5,940 nt of DNA from contig JALVPN010000222.1 of the NCBI GenBank assembly GCA_027031765.1, forward strand, positions 1 through 5,940, written 5' to 3'. The stretch comes from Promethearchaeota archaeon. Lineage in GTDB: Archaea; Asgardarchaeota; Thorarchaeia; Thorarchaeales; Thorarchaeaceae. Below the pieces are notes generated by a model. That model saw only the letters and a program-made list of their open reading frames with translations, was not told the DNA's origin and searched no databases. The position numbers and the translations under genes were made by a program. How positions within the stretch are numbered: the stretch's first letter is position 1; each line of letters starts with the position of its first letter. Shown here piece by piece: positions 3,866 through 5,940 of the stretch.

Positions 3866-5940
3866 CTCCCGTCGCATGTCACGGACGAGCAGGACGGCCG
3901 GCCTGCGTAGGGAATGTCTGACCGCAGCATATGATGCCACTATGGCAGCGAGCAGCGACACGGCCACGAGGGCCAGCGACCGCGGCTCCAGCAACAGGAC
4001 TGCCGCTGTGCCGAAACGCGCGACAACCGGCAACATGGCCACCTCGACAACCATGCCTGCGACAAACCCCAGGGCGACTCCGGCTGTCATAGTGACCGCG
4101 GACTCGGCTGCAACCGCACGGGCAATGTCGGCTGCGGGTGTCCCGAACGCCGATAGTATCCCGATCTCGTGCCTGCGTGATGCGGCCAGCGACCAGCCAC
4201 TGAGGACAGCACTGACTGCTGTCACAATGAACATGACAATCAGCGAGGTGTCAATGACCGTACGGATGGCCTCTGCATTGTCCAGCAGGCGTGTCTGGAC
4301 GGCCTCAACGAGGGTCGCAGTGACACCCGGCAGGTCCGCCAGCGCGTTGACTGTTGCCTGCGGGTCGCTCGACTCCACGAGGAGGCCGCTCACAGCGAAC
4401 TCCTGACCAACAACGGAGGCCCAGGTCTCGGGGCCGATGAGCACGAACGCGGGACGGGCGAGCACCATCACAAAGACCGGTAGTGATGATGAACAGACCC
4501 CGACCACGGTCAGCTCAGACGACCCGGCCATGACCGTGTCACCCACACCCACATGGAGTACGCGGGCCGCATATTCTGAGACCACGCATGTCCCCGGTGT
4601 GTCAATGACCTGCAGGCCTGCGTCAGGCTCCGTGGACTCCATGAGGCCGACACGCACGACCGACGCAAAGGCAGCCGGGTCCACTCCCATGACGACGCCA
4701 CTCTGTGTGAGGGCGCCGTGTCTGAACGTGGACACCACATAGTTTGTGGCGGCAACACCCGTCACACCCGGCATCCCCGCCACCTGGTCGGCAATGCTTG
4801 TGGGTGCCGCCGGGTAGACGGAGGCCACGACATTCACGCTGGAGGAGTACTCTGTCACTGAGGCCGTCCACGAGTTCGTCACAGCGTAGCCGATGTTCGC
4901 AGAGGTGAGGAACAGGACAGTCACCGATGCGAAGAGGTTGAAGACCACAAGGCCGTCCAGTACATTGCGCCTGAGCCCCCTTGATGACATGAACCCGACC
5001 ACTGGGGCACAGCGGGCCACGAACAGGCGCAGGAGGGACATGGGACGTGACGCACGCGGTGAGACCGAGCCCAGTGCCAACAGGACGGCCGGGATGGAGA
5101 GGAGCCGCAGCCAGTCATCCGACACAATGCCGAGGCCCATGGTGTCAGAGAGCACCTGCACGCCGACCGCCACGCACAACGCCACTGTCACAAGGAGCAC
5201 AATCCCCCGGACGAGCAGGCCCAGACTTGTGTGACGCGCCGCCCCCTCGCCGGACTGCGGCCTCCGGGGGTTCAGGCTGTGTACTACCGGCGCCCTGACG
5301 GCCCGGACAGCAGGCCACAGACCACCAAGGACGGTCAGGACAAGGCCACCAACAGCAGCGAGCAGCATACTGGGGACGTCGATGCCGACGACCACCTGGA
5401 AGTAGTTGGTCGCAGGGCCGACCATAGTGAGCCGCGCCTGCGCCACAAGGGTCGACTGTACGAAGTACGACAGCGTCACACCGATGATGCAGCCTGCCGC
5501 ACCCCCCACGGCCGCCAGCACCAACATCTCCACGAGTATGGCCTCCAGCAGCTGCCTGTACGACGAGCCGAACGCGAGCATGACGCCGGTCTCCCGTGAC
5601 CGTTCCGAGAGGAGCCTCGTGAAGGACGAGAAGACGCGGGCCGTAGCGATGAAGACGGCGGCGAGGATCACGCTGAGGAGCACAGACTGGGCGTAGCCGA
5701 GAAAGGAGCGAATGACATCGGTATGGGGGTACCTGAGATTCGTCACAGCGAAGTCCTCGCCAAGGGTGTCGCTGATGGCTGCACTGACACTGTCCACAAG
5801 AAGGGCGTCGGTGAGGTCGACCAGGAGCCTGTTCACTGAGCGGTCAGGGCAACGTGCGGAGACGATGCGCCATGCATCCTCCAGGGAGATGACGACGGTG
5901 GGCCATGACCGGGCACACAGGCCCAGCCCCGCGCACTTGC
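3863..5940 (-). CDS. Tandem-duplicated MacB/FtsX-family (type VII ABC) permease, 5'-truncated by the window edge
   Basis: The frame stays open from 5940 through GTG 5836 (KCAGLGLCARSWPTVVISLEDAWRIVSARCPDRS), so the true start is outside the window. There are two FtsX signature segments (ERSRETGVMLAFG and RRHEIGILSAFG) and a MacB-type extracytoplasmic domain between them (MGVDP, VVSEYAARVLHVGVGDTV, ELTVVGV). About nine TM helices are visible. No ATPase gene is in the window. Confidence 0.93.
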   Translation of the reverse strand, partial: KCAGLGLCARSWPTVVISLEDAWRIVSARCPDRSVNRLLVDLTDALLVDSVSAAISDTLGEDFAVTNLRYPHTDVIRSFLGYAQSVLLSVILAAVFIATARVFSSFTRLLSERSRETGVMLAFGSSYRQLLEAILVEMLVLAAVGGAAGCIIGVTLSYFVQSTLVAQARLTMVGPATNYFQVVVGIDVPSMLLAAVGGLVLTVLGGLWPAVRAVRAPVVHSLNPRRPQSGEGAARHTSLGLLVRGIVLLVTVALCVAVGVQVLSDTMGLGIVSDDWLRLLSIPAVLLALGSVSPRASRPMSLLRLFVARCAPVVGFMSSRGLRRNVLDGLVVFNLFASVTVLFLTSANIGYAVTNSWTASVTEYSSSVNVVASVYPAAPTSIADQVAGMPGVTGVAATNYVVSTFRHGALTQSGVVMGVDPAAFASVVRVGLMESTEPDAGLQVIDTPGTCVVSEYAARVLHVGVGDTVMAGSSELTVVGVCSSSLPVFVMVLARPAFVLIGPETWASVVGQEFAVSGLLVESSDPQATVNALADLPGVTATLVEAVQTRLLDNAEAIRTVIDTSLIVMFIVTAVSAVLSGWSLAASRRHEIGILSAFGTPAADIARAVAAESAVTMTAGVALGFVAGMVVEVAMLPVVARFGTAAVLLLEPRSLALVAVSLLAAIVASYAAVRHSLRRPAVLLVRDMRRE

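Noticed and set aside
360-5696. Plus-strand ORFs and short alternate-frame minus-strand ORFs in the track (e.g. 1735..2301, 2957..3496, 3421..3921, 3876..4406)
   Set aside because: They overlap the four well-supported genes, are Ser/Arg/Pro/Thr-rich, and lack motifs or start signals. This is typical of shadow ORFs in GC-rich DNA.
5834-5836. GTG 5836 as the permease start
   Set aside because: The frame is open to the window edge, and the upstream residues look like the end of a MacB-type extracytoplasmic domain; TM1 is missing.
1-5940. CRISPR array, tRNA/rRNA, IS ends, DGR template/variable repeats
   Set aside because: I saw no periodic repeats, cloverleaf or T-loop in intergenic DNA, transposase or RT motifs, or long near-identical repeat pairs with adenine-specific mismatches.

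Overview
GC-rich (roughly 60% by eye) window with four co-oriented minus-strand genes. In transcription order: (1) a 5'-truncated tandem MacB/FtsX-type ABC permease (3863..>5940); (2) a Thioredoxin_9-like WCKDC protein (3253..3726); (3) an unrecognised ~10-TM membrane protein with an 84-aa acidic Pro/Gly tail ending DDDWE (1867..3198); (4) a large secreted protein of unknown family (<1..1609, at least 536 aa) that the ORF track missed because it runs off the window. BRE/TATA-like promoters and the gene content suggest an archaeon, possibly Asgard/Thorarchaeota; this is inference from recall, not a search. I saw no RNA genes, CRISPR array, mobile element or DGR. The most notable observations are: a 690-codon lysine-free stretch in the permease; a leaderless 13-codon uORF at the predicted TSS, in frame with the secreted protein; an acidic-Trp C-terminal motif on the membrane protein; short hairpins at all three complete gene stop codons; and, in the secreted protein, an internal 60-aa-spaced repeat, an EF-hand-like loop and patchy GC3. 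Functional interpretations are hypotheses.
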